A stretch of 63,646 nucleotides of DNA, filler included, from Psammoneis japonica (taxonomy: Eukaryota): assembly GCA_008632985.1 (NCBI GenBank). It is 4 parts of 4 records of this genome, joined end to end, with 100 filler letters (N's around TTAATTAATTAA, not from the genome) between each part and the next. Parts side by side here need not be neighbours in the genome. Positions count along the whole stretch, not along the records: positions 1 to 28,013 come from QPGO01000407.1; 3 more parts are not named here. One strand, written 5' to 3'. The notes beneath the pieces were generated by a model. The model ran no database searches and was not told where the DNA came from. It worked only from the letters and a program-made list of their open reading frames with translations. Below, piece by piece: positions 1 to 13,400 of the stretch. A program made the position numbers and the translations under genes. The number at the start of each line of letters is the position of its first letter. The first letter of the stretch is position 1.

Positions 1-2
1 TG

Positions 3-327
3 TCGTGCTTTTCCCGTGCTTTGTGAAAAACAGGCCACGACCTCAAGGAATCATTTTCAGTCATGACGGTTGACACTTTGCACACTTGCTTTTTGATGAC
101 AAACACGACGATGTCCACCGTTCCGCAAAATTCCATCATTGGAAAATGTTCACCATGGTGGCACTGCAGTGAAGTGTTGATTGAATTTCTGAAAATGGAG
201 TTTTGAAGTGTTCATGCACAGAACAGGGTTGCTTTGTGCAAAAGTCATCATGCAAAGTGTCAATGGTTTTGGGGAAAAATGATTCCTTGAGGTGTCGGTG
301 GAGCGGAGAAGCATGGCAGAAGCACGA
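3..327. repeat. Imperfect ~330-bp palindrome centred on CACTG|CAGTG (162-171)
   Basis: 41-57 is the exact reverse complement of 276-292 (17 bp) and 70-82 of 251-263 (13 bp), both centred at 166.5. 126-136 vs 195-205 (1 mismatch) and 3-10 vs 320-327 have centres 1-1.5 nt off. Confidence 0.85.
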
Positions 328-494
328 GAAAAAAATCCGCCCAAACCCTGATTTTTACAATTTTTTCTACGTAAAAATTCTGCGTGATTTTTGCACCAGT
401 GCACATGGCTCATCGACTTGAGGCAGAAAGCATTCCTTCATTTTTTGATTCCAGCTGGAATCTCCTGAAACTTCTCATGAGATCCATTGTTTTT

Positions 495-1337
495 TTAAAG
501 ACTGACTTTGCCGTCACTGTCATGATCAGAGAGGCTGTAGAATTCCAGACCTTTGCCATCAATCCAACTTTCGACAAAGAAGAAATCACCCGTGAGCAGC
601 AACTCAAACCTCTCCCAAATCATTCTGCTGTGGTCATCAATGTTTGGAGGTGCAATCAGATCATTTCCAAACTTGGCAGTCGATGCAGTCTTGACCAACA
701 TGCCATCATGTGGACTGACCTGCAGGTGGGTCCCAAACCTCACATTCTTGAAGTGGCAAGTCTCATCATTGCTGTCTCGCAAGTGTGCGACCTCCTTCTG
801 AGGGTTTCACAGCAAACCGAAGTCCTTCAAAGCAGCGACCATCTTCATGGTTGTCAAAGCTGTCACCTGGGTCCGTTGAAAGGCACCAGCCATCTCCTTG
901 ATTCCTGCCCCAACTGGCAATCTCTTTGGTGTCTTCATGATCCGTGGCCCCGTCAAAAACCTTTTGAGAGTGTTCAAAGCAAGCCAGGCTTGGTCAATGA
1001 AAAATGCATTGGGGCCTCCAATGGTCACATCCACATGAGTGATGTCATTTTTTAGGGTCTCCCAGTTGTTGCTGTCTCTTTCCATTTGAAGAGCCACGTG
1101 AGGGTGGTCATCAAGAGCACCACACCGGTGCTTCCAACCCAATGTGGCTGAACCCTTCAAAGAATCACCTTGATGATGGAATCGAGTGATGACCTCATCA
1201 TTCGATGCCGTGCAATCCTTTTTGATGGCTGTGTGGTGGCAATCAAAGGTGATTTTTGCATTTGCACTAAATGTTGCATCAAACCGGCATCTCTCGATGG
1301 AGAAGAGCCACCCCAGAGTTGAGATCATGACTCTCAT
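495..1337 (-). pseudogene. Degraded ORF of unknown function (transposon cargo)
   Basis: ORFs 807-1337 and 495-782 are in the same frame, separated by a stop, with protein-like composition. No recognisable motif. Confidence 0.3.
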
Positions 1338-3824
1338 TCATCATGGAGATCTGCGCAGAAGCAGCAGCAGCAGTTGATCGAAGGATGAGAAGGCCACTGA
1401 CAGGGAAACACAACAGTGCAAATTGACTCACCGAATCTTGTTCTTTGGCCTTCTTGTCAGTTTCAAGCTCTCCTCCCCTGGCGCAAAGGTTGCCAGCATG
1501 TGCTGCTGCCACCTGGTTGTTGAAAGAAAGCACAACAGTGGCGCAAAGCACACAGAAAACTTCTTTTTCAAGAGCATGTCTGTAGAAAGATTTTGTGTTT
1601 TCTTGCAGCAAATTTTTAAATTGTGAGTGCACATTGAGTGGAAGAATCATGTGTCTCATCTTTTGCTCGCAATCGTCAGGGAAACTGCCTGCTGGCAGCA
1701 GCATGTGTGCATGAGGAGTTCACGTGCAACGTCCCCTGGTGGTGCAGGGGAGGGACAGACATTGAGCGATGGTGGAATTGAGTCACACAGGTGGGAAAAG
1801 GGCTGGATTTTGAGTTGGGGGAAGATGGTTGAGATTGCAGTTTGGCAGTGCAGCAGGTCAATTGGTCAGTGAGTGATTTGGCAATTGCAAAGCTCAGGCT
1901 TTGAAGGCCAAATTGAGACAGAGTGGAAGAGTGGTGGGTTGGGCCGAAGCATTTGGCAGACATGGTTTGCCAGGCAGCGGTGGCAGCAGGGAGGACAGCA
2001 GATGGAGACAGCTGGGCATGTGCGCATGCAGCATGGGCAGCTGGGTGTTGAAAAGAGGACTCAGCAGTCCAGGGTGGAGCAGGTGGGGCAGGGATGGGGT
2101 GTGTCCTGTGTGCAGCACACTGCACTTGTGTGTTGCATGCATCGCAAGGTTTGCCCAGGCAGGTGTCCTGCATCTTGCCGTGCCGGGCTGTGCGGATCCT
2201 GTGCGCAGCTTTGCCGGCAAGCTGCATGATGCACAGATGGAAAAACTGCAGGTCGGGATTGATGTGATTGACGTCGACTCAGTGAGGTTAATGTTGAAGC
2301 AAGATGCCTCTGATGTGAGATGTGGTGAGCCTCTAAAGCTCACAATGAAGAAAACATTTTCTTTGCTCATTTGTGAATGCTTTGACACACTCTGACAAGA
2401 CCCGCCGGAGTGTGTCAAAACAAATGGCTGCTTTTCATTTCCCATTTTCATTGCGCCAATTGCATCACAACACACAAATGGTTGTTGATGTTGGGAGCAA
2501 AATTTCATTTGCCCTTGCACACATGTTCATTGTTGTGAACCTGTGTTGACTCACAAAGAATCAGATTTCTTTTTTTGTGTTGCACAAAGAGTGCTTTCAA
2601 GCTGTTGACAAAAGTTCTCATGTGTGGACACAATGTGCAAATGATTTCACAGACAAGCTGCCATGGCAGTGTGTGGTTGTTTTTGACAACTTTTTTGCTT
2701 TTGTGGCTGTGCAAACAGTGCCGATTGACAACATGAAGTGGATGTGATGTGTGCCATGCATGAAGGAAATGTGGAGTTGTGGTCATGGTGCATTTCAAAT
2801 GCTGTGACAGACCTGCTGCACTCCTCAGTTTGGTTTCAGAGTTGAGTGACCAAAAGCCAATGTGCAAGGTCCCTGAAACACTTTTGCATGACACTGGAGC
2901 AACCACAGCATGGACTGGCCCAGATTCAGCAGCAAGACTCAACCATCATTTTCATGTTGAACACAGACAGAACAGTGGGGTCAAAAAGGCTCTGGAAGAG
3001 GGCGCAAAATCTTTTTGCTTGAATGTTGATGAGATCTCTGTGCAAGTCTGCAACCACTGCACTGAACAAAGGAAAAATGGAGCCTGCAGACCAAGCAAAA
3101 TGTGTGACAGTTTCAACAGCAGTGTTTGTTTTTCCCCACAAGATGGAAGCAGCTGCTGCTGTGTGCATTCGTGTTCATTGTCATGTTGGATGTTGCTTTT
3201 GGGAGTTTGCTTCTAATTGTGGGAACAATTTCCTTGAGCATGAGCAAGGCTCTCAGCTGTTTGACACTGGAGTTCAGAGCAATTGTGCTTTGAAATTTGA
3301 CTGGCATGTGAGTCAATGAGATGTTGTCATTGTGCATGTCACCTGGCGCTGGAACATCCATCTTGTCAAGCCAAAGCTTGAGTGGCACACAAGCTGAGCA
3401 AAGCAATCTTGTGGCTCTGATGCTGGGCAAGCCTGCCCATCCTCAGGTTTGCAGCATCAGAGGGCTCGACATTGCAACAATGTGCAGATTCACACAGTGA
3501 CATTTTTACAATGTGTTGCAACAAATTGTTAAAATTCAGCTGTGACAAACTTGTGACCAGAGGTCCGTCCATCAAACATTGTTGACAATCTTTCAACAAA
3601 TTAGTTGTGCATTTTTCACCAGTTTCACACAACTAAAAAATTCACCTGATCACCACATGCCAACAAAACATCACAATTTTATGGCAGGAACACCTTCCAC
3701 TGTTGTGATTGTTGCCCATTGCGTTTGTGATGCCGCAACCCAACAATTTTCTGTCAACTGCCATTTTTGACCACAAACATTTGGTCGCTTTTATGTTGAA
3801 CAAAGCCATCAATGCATCTTCCTT

Positions 3825-5692
3825 CTAAGAGTCATCACTGTCATCTGCCTCTTCCAACAAGTCTCCCTCTTCCGACGAGTGTTCCTCTGCTTGCTGCTCT
3901 GTTCCGGCATTCGCAGCATCCTTCCTTCCTTCATCCTGCCTGTCATCTCCACTGTTCTTGTCGCTGCTGTCCAATGTGAGGCTGTTCATCATCTTTGCCT
4001 TTTCCAGACCCTCACTTGGGGCTTTCTTCTTCTTCTTCTCTCCTCCTGACTTGTCAAACTCGTTCTTCGTGACCTCTGCATGCCACCTGTCAAACTCCTT
4101 GCCATCCTTGGAGTTTTTGTCTTTCGTCACCTCTTTGTGGAACTCGTTGAAGCACGTGATTCCTTTCTCTCCCCAAGACTCGTGCTGCTTGTTTGGCTTT
4201 GTGCAGAGAGAGACAGGCACCTTTTTGCGTGGGTCCATTTCCTCACCCAATTCCTTTGCCGTCTCCTTTTTCTTTTGGCATGCCCACACACTCCAACAAT
4301 TTTCAATCACCAAGAGCACCAGAGCCTTGTCAGTGATTGCAGCCATTTCAGTCGCCTTGACCTCTCCTGTTTTGATGGTGCTGCTCCATGCCTTCTTGCT
4401 CTTGGTGTGACAGAGGATGTGATCATAGAACCACTTGTGTGCCTGCTTGTTCCTCCGTTTGCTGTTGGTTGTTTTCAACAGGCTAAATGCATCCCAAGTT
4501 GGCACACACGGGATTTCTTCATCTTGATTTGCACTTTTTCTCTTTCCTCTGGCACCCCTCTTCCTTGTGGCTGCCGCCTTGAGCCTCTTTTCTTTTTCCT
4601 TTCCCTCTTCTTGGGTGACAATGCCTGCAAAGACAAAGAATCGCCATCCCATTCTTTTTTGATGCGTGCACCTCTCAACTCACACACACGCATCACTTTG
4701 CTTGCAGGCCATTGCATCCTTGCTGATTTCTGAACACACGGTGTTTCTTTTGTTGTTAAGTTGCCTTTTTGCCGCCTTCCTTGCCCATTCCTCCCAAGCT
4801 CCTGACCAATTTGCAGTGTCCATGTTGCCACCAGCAATGTTCTTCTTGACAAACAGTGAGATGTTCCCATTGCTTGCCATTTCTGATGCACTTGCGAACT
4901 TAACTTGTGCAAAGAGTTCATTTCTAGCCACCTTCTCAACTTCATGTCTCATCCCCAATTCCTTTGCCGTCTCCTTTTTCTTTTGGCGTGCCCACACACT
5001 CCAACAAATTTCAATTGCCAAGAGAGCCAGAGCTTTGTCAGCGATTGCAGCCAGCTCAGTCGCCTTGACCTCTCCTGTTTTGACGCTGCTGCTCCATGCA
5101 TTCTCACTCTTGGTGTGACAGAGGATGTGGTCATAAAACCACTTGCACACCTGGTTGTTCCTGCGTTTGCTGTTGGTTGTTTTTGCCAGGCTCCTCTTCT
5201 TTTGAGATGCACGCACCTCTCAACTCACACACGTGCATCACTTTGCTTGCAGGCCATTGCATCCTTGCTGATTTCTGAACACACAGAGTTTCTTTTGTTG
5301 TCAAGTTGCCCATTTGCCGCCTTCCTCGTCCATTCCTCCCAAGCTCCTGACCAATTTGTGGTGTCCATGTTGCCACCAGCAATGTTCTTCTTGACAAACA
5401 GCAAGATGTTCCCATTGCTTGCCATTTCTGATGCACTTGCGAACTTGGCTTGTGCAAAGAGTTCATTTCTGGCCACCTTCTTGACTTCACGTCTCATTGC
5501 ATCATGTGCTGCCTGCACACCCATTTGCTTCAATGCTGCCTGAAGCCTTGGGCTCATGGCCGCGGGCTCTGTTGTCCTCCTCTTGTTTGCTGCTGGCTGC
5601 TCTCTAGACGACATCTTGCTCTTTGCACTACAACAATGAGTTGTTTGTGTGCCGTGGAGATCTGCAACTGTCCTTTGGGTCGTGTTGGACAA
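3825..5692 (-). pseudogene. Transposon accessory protein remnant with an internal duplication
   Basis: Motifs ITDKALVLLVIENCWSVW and ESWGEKGITCFNEF resemble the (T)xSDEAFxLLxxENxW / GWSxxGxxRFN family I recall next to diatom Plavaka-type transposases. Acidic C-terminal tail. Confidence 0.6.
4245..5497. repeat. Tandem duplication with deletion: A(4245-4477) X B(4660-4952) A'(4953-5184) B'(5205-5497)
   Basis: Nucleotide similarity between copies; the peptides WFYDHILCHTKS...KATE and NELFAQ.KFASASEMASNGN each appear twice. Confidence 0.9.
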
Positions 5693-6080
5693 CAGCCAGC
5701 CTTTCTTTTTTGCAAGTCATGGCATTTGTTCCTCTCAAACAATGAATGCATCATTGCAAGTGACATTGAAATTTGAAAATGTGTTCATGTGCAACAATGA
5801 ATTGCGAAACTTGCATTGTTGTTGTTGTTGTCATCGCATTTGAACGGAAATGATGTTCTGTTCATTGACGGCATTTGCAAAAGTTGATGTCCATTGTTGG
5901 ATCAAGACAACACAATCCAAATGCAAACATGTCATGCCCACAAGAATCATTCAAATCTGAAAGAGATTTCAATGTTTTCAATGCCATTTTTTGGGTCTTG
6001 TTCCACTTTCTCCCACCACAACAATGCCAGGATGATGAGTCTCAGTGAATGAAAACCGTCTCAATGTTGTTTGATTGACA

Positions 6081-9000
6081 ATGGAAGGGAATTCAATCCT
6101 CTGTCCTGGATGTGGCAAAAGCTTTGTGAGAATTGCTGTGCATTGGAGGTGTGAACCAAGGTGTTGCTCCACTGCCCAAGAGTTGCAAGCCAATCAAACA
6201 GCCCCTGACAACAGCATCACTCCATCTTCAATGGACGGGCCACCCAGTGAAAGTTGCAATGCTCCTTCAACTGGAGATTTTTTCAGTTCATCCTCTGACA
6301 ATGAAGAACCCTGTCTCCAGCGATTTGCTCATAGCAGGTTGGCACAATGCTCCACTGACAGCACCCGTCCTGGCAGCCCCTTGTTCCCATCTCCAGACAC
6401 ACTGCATGGCATGGATGAATTGTCGTCCATGTCATCCAATCACAGCATTGACAATGTTGTTGCCATGAACGATTTGGATCTTGGCAGTGGTCACTCCTTC
6501 TCTGCCTTGTTGGATGTGACAATGGAGGAATCTACACACCCAGATGACATTTCTGATGATCGACTGGGTAAAAGGTGCATTGAACCCGCAGGAGATGCCT
6601 TGGCTTCCACTCCCTCTTTGACCAATCTTGATGGGGCATGTGCAGAGTTGTGCAAGAAGCTTGTGCGGCATCCCCCTGGAATTGTGTGATTGCATTGTTG
6701 AGTTCATCAAGCGGCACACTGGGAACAAGACCATCAAGCTTGGTGCAATTCTTCCATGTAGAAAAGAGTTGATGCACACCTTAACAAGGCACTTCCCTCT
6801 GCCACCCAGCGAGTCTACACCTGCAATGCCAGAGACAACCAGCTGCAAAACCGTTTTGCCACAATGTGTGTCAGTGCCCAGGTGGAGTTTCGTTGCAGTC
6901 TGGGAGCAGTTTTTACTTGACCCTCACCTGTGGCACAGCAGAGAGAACATGGAAAATCCAGACAATCCTTTTGAAAAGTGTGAGGCCAAGGGACCGGACA
7001 ACAAGTGTGTTTTGGCTGGAGAGTGGCACAGGCGTGCCTGCAAAGAGCAGATCACAGATCCAGAGAAAGAATTTCTTGAGTGCAACATCATTTGTGTCAA
7101 CAAAATGGGTCGGACAGTGGGGATGGGATCCCATTGTGGTGAACCCGCAATCATGACCTCCGCTCATGCAGCCTTTGACAAATGGTCTGACAAGAGCATC
7201 TGGAAACCTCTTGGATGTCTTCCCGATTTGGAAAAGATGTCATCCTCTGCTGCAAAGAATCTTTCCAGCAACCAAAAGGCGGAGAAGGGACGCTCTTTAC
7301 GAGACCACCACAACTGACTGCACGTCATTTTAGAGCCACTTCTGGACACAATGAGGTGCGGTGGCATGTGCACATGTGTGCGCCGAGGCGACAAGATTTG
7401 CTTCCTCAAGGTCGTCCCAATTGTTTGTCTCACAATGGGCAATGCAAAAAGCAGAGACTGTCTTGTGGGTCATTGTGGTGGTCACAATTGCCTTCTTCGT
7501 TGCTGCCATTTCTGCATGACAGGATTCCATGGCCTGGGCGACCCATGGATCAAGTGTGACTTCATCCGTGGCTGTGATCTCCTTGAAGTCACAAAAGGTG
7601 CAAACGACAACAACAGAGTGGCAGAAGAACACAAGCACTGGTTGGGCATTTTGAAGCACATGAAGCAACACAATGCAAACACCAATTGTCTTTTGGAGGC
7701 TGATTTTGGCAAACAACCATGTGGCGCAACCCTTGCCACTGCCAGCAACATGATGCATCTTTTTGAGAACGGGACCTTGAAAAGAGTCATTGTTGCCTTT
7801 GTAGACAGCATGACACCTGTTGTGGCTGCTCAGGTGGATGACCCAGTTGAAAGGATCTTTGGCAATCATGGATCAACATGCAAGGCCATGTTCTTGCAAA
7901 CAAACTTCAAAGGTGGGGCTGCGTCACTCACCTTTCTCAACTTGCATCACTGGGCGGGCATGGCTTTTGTGTTCCATCTCATCCCACTCACAAACAAGGG
8001 ATGCAATGTGTGTGAGCCATGCTTCCTTGAACAAGATGCAGATGAGACGTTTGTTCCCAAGGACAGAGACATGCCAAAAGTTAGATTTGAAAAGTTCTGC
8101 AAGCCACCAGGCTGCCTGGATTTGGATGAGGACAGCAGTGAGGAGGAGGAAGAGGCCGGTGATGAAGAAGACGATGAAGGGGGTGAGAATGACAATGAGG
8201 ATGAGGAAGGAAACCAAAAGAAAAAATGCAAGGGAAAACAACTTGACTGCAGTGCATGGCAGTTCATGCAGTTGCTGGAGAATCGTCTTGCATTTCATGC
8301 ATGATGCAGACTCGGCAACCCACCCATCACTCGCAAAACTCCAAGACGGCTGATGCAAAAGACAAACAAGAAAATCCACCTTCTCATTGCCAGGACAGTT
8401 CATTTTGTTCCAAGAAGTGATTGTTGCGGATGGAAGCTTCAGAAGCTGCACAAAACACTCCATCTTGCTGTGTTTCTTCACTGCTGTTGCCCCATGCAAT
8501 GAACTTTGACGCAGGGTTGGGTGAATGCCTCCTGAAGGATTTTTTCAAGCTTCCCTTGTCAACCGCTCAACAACGGAGCCCAGACACCTTCTTAAAGCAG
8601 GTGGTGGTGCGGATGGAGGATCAAATGTGGCTGAACCTTGCCATCTCTGCTGACAGCTGGTTCTTGCCTAAAACAAAACAAACGGAAAAGAGCTCCAATG
8701 TTGTGGAAAACCACAAGCTGGGAGGAAGCACATTTGCTCTTGCTTGCAGGGAAGCAATGGGTGCTGTGAGATGGGAATGGAACGGCACACAGAGTCAATG
8801 CCAGGTTCATCCTGTGTTGCTTGATTTCATGTCAGAGAAATGGGAGGAATGTGTGGGTCAAGGCAATGATGATTCATCACTCTTGTGCAGGACAGAGTTT
8901 TGCAACAAGAACGGAAAGGATGCACACAGTGCACACCCAGACTGCAACAGCAAAGGACCATGGTGCGACTTCACCTGCATCACCTTTGGCACCCGGCAAG

Positions 9001-9392
9001 GCAAACAACAATTTCCCTCCCGTTTGCTGTGTTTTTTCGAACAAGAGGATGCAGGATTGCTTTTTGCGGTGGTCCATCCATGCACCTGTCAAACCGACCT
9101 GAGGAGCATGAGGCAACGTTTGCAACACACAAACCTGGTTGGTTGCTGGCCGTTAGATCAAAAGAGAAACCACTGGCTTTCATCTCCCGAGAAAACAGTC
9201 TTCTCACCTCATCTGCGTGTTGTCCCCATGGGGGCTGTGGGAGACAACACAATGGCACATGAAGAAGAACCAGGAGCAGTGGAAACACAAGAAAAAACGA
9301 GACATGTTTGGGCTGTGCAAGACAGAAGGGCCATTTGGTCAGATCTTTTTAATGTGACCAACAACATTGTTCACGAGACTCACGCACATTAA
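6081..9392 (+). pseudogene. Plavaka-like DDE transposase, broken by stops and frameshifts
   Basis: Ordered motifs: FLLDPHLW, GEWH (GxWY), IICVNKM (IIYxDKT), EPAIMT, WKPLGCLPDL (WRPLGYxPDL), GNAKSRD.LVG, MMHLFENG, FLQTNFKGG, NFDAGLGE..LKDFFK, AHPDCNSKGPWCD (AHPxYxxxGPWYD). Confidence 0.8.
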
Positions 9393-9411
9393 AGGCATTG
9401 ACGATTGTCAT

Positions 9412-10474
9412 CTACGATTTCCTTCCAAATGCCAGGAACTTAACATTTTCCGCGTTGTCAAGTGTGGCTCGGCAGATGTGCAACAGATCGGCCTCAACAG
9501 TTTCTGGTGTGCGCGTGAGGAGATCTTGCTCAGACAATCCCAGGCAAGCATCTTCCTGATCCAACGGTTTCCCCAACCACAGTTCCTGTTTGTTGCGGCC
9601 AATGAGGTTGCTTGCTTGGAAAATGCTGAAACTTTGTTTTGCCTGATCCGCGTCCATGGTGTAAAGTTGGAACGCAGCATGCAGTTCCATCCAGTGTCTC
9701 CAAAGTTGGCTCAACATGGCCTGAGCAAAAGGAATCACTGTCAATGCGTCCTCCACCTTTTTAGAGAGTGCGCTTTGCAGTTCAATGAGATTTTGGAAGA
9801 ACTGACTGCTTCCAAACCAAGCATCATGCCACTCTCCATCTGGCATCCAGTGGCAGTCCAACATGATTTGATTGAAACCGTGATCCTTGAAGTCAACCAC
9901 CTTGCTAAAGTGATCCTTGACTCAATGCACAAAATCATGAGAACATGCATTGCAGTTAAGATGAAGGTCTTTGTGACCATCTTGGATCGAAACAGTGCAA
10001 ACGCAACTGTCATTGTCGGCACTGAATTCCTCAAATGCCATTGTGCGTGCCTCATCTCTTTGGTGTTGATCAGAGGCAACCATTGCTGCCCCCTCAGCTG
10101 AGCACAGTTCAGCACATGACAGATTCCTTGCATTGACCGGATGCATCATTGCCAACCAAAGCACATTTTTTGGGCACATAGATTCACGTTGGAGCAGAAA
10201 GGTGTGGTCAGTCTAAGATGGACATCGCACAACGAACAAGACGGCGACTTGCTCCATGACTTGGTCGCCCTCCAGACAGTCACTAATTTGCACGAACAGG
10301 ACTTTTCGTTGGCATTGACTGCATTTGAAACATCAGTGGTGTTGTCGTTGACAAAAGCCCTTGCATCACCATCTCCATCACTGTCCATTGACGACTCAAC
10401 AGATGCTTCCAAAGAGTTTCCAATCCAGTTGGAAGCCAACCACAACACATCCACTGCGGCTGCCTTCCTGTTTT
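9412..10474 (-). pseudogene. Degraded ORF fragments, probably the 3' part of the cargo gene split by the LINE
   Basis: Minus-strand ORFs 9412-9900, 9922-10179 and 10146-10454. The frame of 14449-15804 rejoins here once the LINE is removed. Confidence 0.35.
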
Positions 10475-13400
10475 AATCGCAATCAATTTAAAACACATCA
10501 GGACAATGACAATCAACGAGAGGCAAAACAATGCCTGTGGATTCTCTTCATCGCCTTGCCGTTGGAGTTGCGATGCAGGCTCCCAAGTGCATGTTCCAAA
10601 TTTCTTGATCATTGATTGACCATCAGAGAACAACAAAAAAATCCAAACCCAATTTAAAGTGCCATCACACCTTTGCCCAGCAACACCAGCACCGGCCAAT
10701 CCACACCTCCGGTGCACCCTACGAGGGATGCAGCAGAAGTTGATGCAATCAGCCTGAATCAGCATCCCTCTGAGGGGGCGCCTGTCAGAAATGACTGGTG
10801 ACAGTGTGTGTGCTGCGAAGCGCCAGGCGCTTTGCTTCCTTCAAACTGTCTTTGAGTCTGGGCCGTGCCATTGAAATCCAATTTTGCACTCGTGTTGTTG
10901 AAAATGTACGGTGCTCTTTGACTGAGTCCAGCAAAACTCCACGGTCTTTGGCCAGAAATTCCTGTCTTTTGTTGCATGTTGTGGTCAATTCGGCCTCCAC
11001 TTGTCATTGCTGAGATGACTGCCAAGTGGCAGCGTCATGGCCATGCACATGTTGATTGTGCTCTTCCCACAAACCCCACCATTGTTTCCATGTGTGTGAG
11101 CCTGTCAGGACTGCCCAGTTTGGAGACTGTCTGTTTTCCTCCTGACAGCGCCGGAGAACACCCGAGTCACACAGATGTCCCGACTGAAGAACATTCCAAA
11201 GAGTGGAAAACCATCCACCAAACACTTGTTGCCATCCCACACTGGACTGTGTGCGCCACAGAGCTCTGCAGTGGCAATCCAGGTCCTCCGGATGTTGCAT
11301 TTCTCCCTTGAACCATGCTTCAATTGAGTCAAGTAAAAAATCTTGCAGTGCAGGCATGGTGTCGATCCCACCACAATGCTGCCGCAGGCCTTGCAAGAAT
11401 TTTCTATGCCAGGGTTCATTGTGCAGACATTGCAGAATGTGATCCCTGTCTTCCATTGGGTGTTCACAGAGCAAACAATGGTGAGGGCAGACTGGGTTGC
11501 AACAATGGGTCATCTTGTTTGTCGGAAGCAGATCATGTGCAAGTTTGAACGTTCCAACATTGCGTTTGGAGCGTCGTTTGATCAGAACTGCGTGAGCATC
11601 CCAACCAATAAAGTCAATCACTTCCGGTCCCCACTGGTTCCGTTCTGAGATGTGTTCCAACAGTTGCTGGGCGGTGGCGGCATGTCTGGCTTGACGTTTG
11701 TGGCTGGAAGTCAGCGCACCATCCTGCAGACTCAAGCAAGAATGACAATGTGGTGGAGGTGGGACCACAGAGGCATCACCTTGGTGATGACCTTGACATG
11801 CACCTGCTGGCCGGTCAGCTCGCATGTTCACTCTTGCATTTGGTGGAAGTGAGTGAACTGGGGCGTTTCGATCTTGATGTCCCTTGACCCACTGAACTGA
11901 TGTCGCGGATGAGACTAGACAGGATGTGTCGGGCGTCTCCAGTGGCATGCGAGTGTGCACAATCTCATTGATCACATCCCAATCTGCAGGGAGAGCATTG
12001 GCTCTGTGATGTTGAATGTGGAGTTCTCTGACTTCTTTAGAATTTTCCTCCAGCGATGGTGCAGGGAGGGAGCTGGTGAGCTGATCGAGGCAATTCACTA
12101 AAGCTCTGTTGTCGCAGTGAACTGTTGCATCCGGGAGCTTAGAAAGACGGCAGTGTTCCACAAATCAGCAAAGGAATCAGATGACAGAGAGAATCCTGCA
12201 TGCCTCCGCTCTGCACGATGATGGTCATCTGCCAAAAACGGGTCCCGCACAATCGACCAACGGGGTGCCGTCATGAGCAATCGTCCAACCAAAGGTCGCG
12301 CCTTCTTTGACAGATCCATCACTCCCTGCACATAACTTCAAGGAAGAGAAGTGCAGGAGAAGTTCATCTGACAGTTCCTGCAGTTCAAGAGCATCAAACA
12401 ATGATGCCTCCCATTCAGGTGACAAGTCTGATGCACTTGGAATTGCGTGGCATCCAAGCATGTCTCTGAAATTCTGATGATGTCTGCTTGAATTTCCGCA
12501 GCTGCCTGTGTGCAATCATTGAAGTCTCCACCACGTTTGTCAAACTGACAGCCATTGGCATTAAATGCGTGCAATCGGGTGTGTGTCGGAGCTTTGGGGA
12601 GGAGGGGATCTCCGATTGGTTCATTTGACAACAAGCTAGAATGGTCAATGGCACTGGAGGGAAGAGAGTGACTTCTGCCTGACAACAACTGGCTCCACTG
12701 CTGAGCAGCGGGATTGCTTGTAACCAAAGGGGCATCACCCCTCATTTGGAGGCCATGCTTCCTTGAAGGAAGGCTGGGAAAGAAGACTCCTGTCTGCGTC
12801 ATGAGGAAAAGGCAGGTGAGATGGCTGGGCCTGCCTCACAGAAAATCCGAATTGTCAGCCTCAGTCATGGATGTGTCATCGGGAGGGTGGTGAGCGGAAG
12901 AGCCTGCTGGGACCAAAGTGGCTGGTTTCTTACGTTGTGGAGAAGATGTTGCACCTGGGATTGCTGAAGCAAATGTTGCCTGAGTCATTGTCTGCATCTG
13001 GGAAGCAAGCGCAGTTTGCAATTGGGAGGCTGTCACATTTTGCAACTGAGTTGAAAGTGCAGAAAGAGATTCTTGGTGTTTCTTTTCCAGGTCAGCGAAC
13101 CACTTCTCTTGTTCCTGCTGATTCTTGATGACCGGCTGTTGCAGCTCCGCCATTTCAGCAGACTGGTTGGACATTTCTGAAATGGGAAGGGCTCCAGGCA
13201 TGACCGCTCCTGTGACATTTTGCAGAACTTGGGGGAACAGGTGGGAAAACTGCCATGCACTCCAACACTTTTTGGGGCCGGAGGAGCTGCAGAAGCAGAG
13301 GGCAAGGGTGGAATGGTGGAGCCCATTGGAGAGATGTCCAAAACATCAAGGGACACCCAACTCTGAATGCTTGCTGAAGAAATGGACTGGACTGTGTTGG

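Noticed and set aside
345..420. Similarity of 351-372 to the reverse complement of 57168-57191, and of 386-400 to 63021-63034
   Set aside because: Short, T-rich and gapped, so it cannot be separated from chance without more copies.
1676..3770. Many overlapping 100-200-aa Cys/His/Gln-rich ORFs
   Set aside because: Expected artefact of stop-codon depletion; no family motif recognised.
6081..9392. Alternative genetic code or RNA editing as the reason for Tyr->Cys/His
   Set aside because: Adjacent host genes use TAY normally, TpA loss also affects non-coding DNA and all codon positions, and the elements carry stops and frameshifts.
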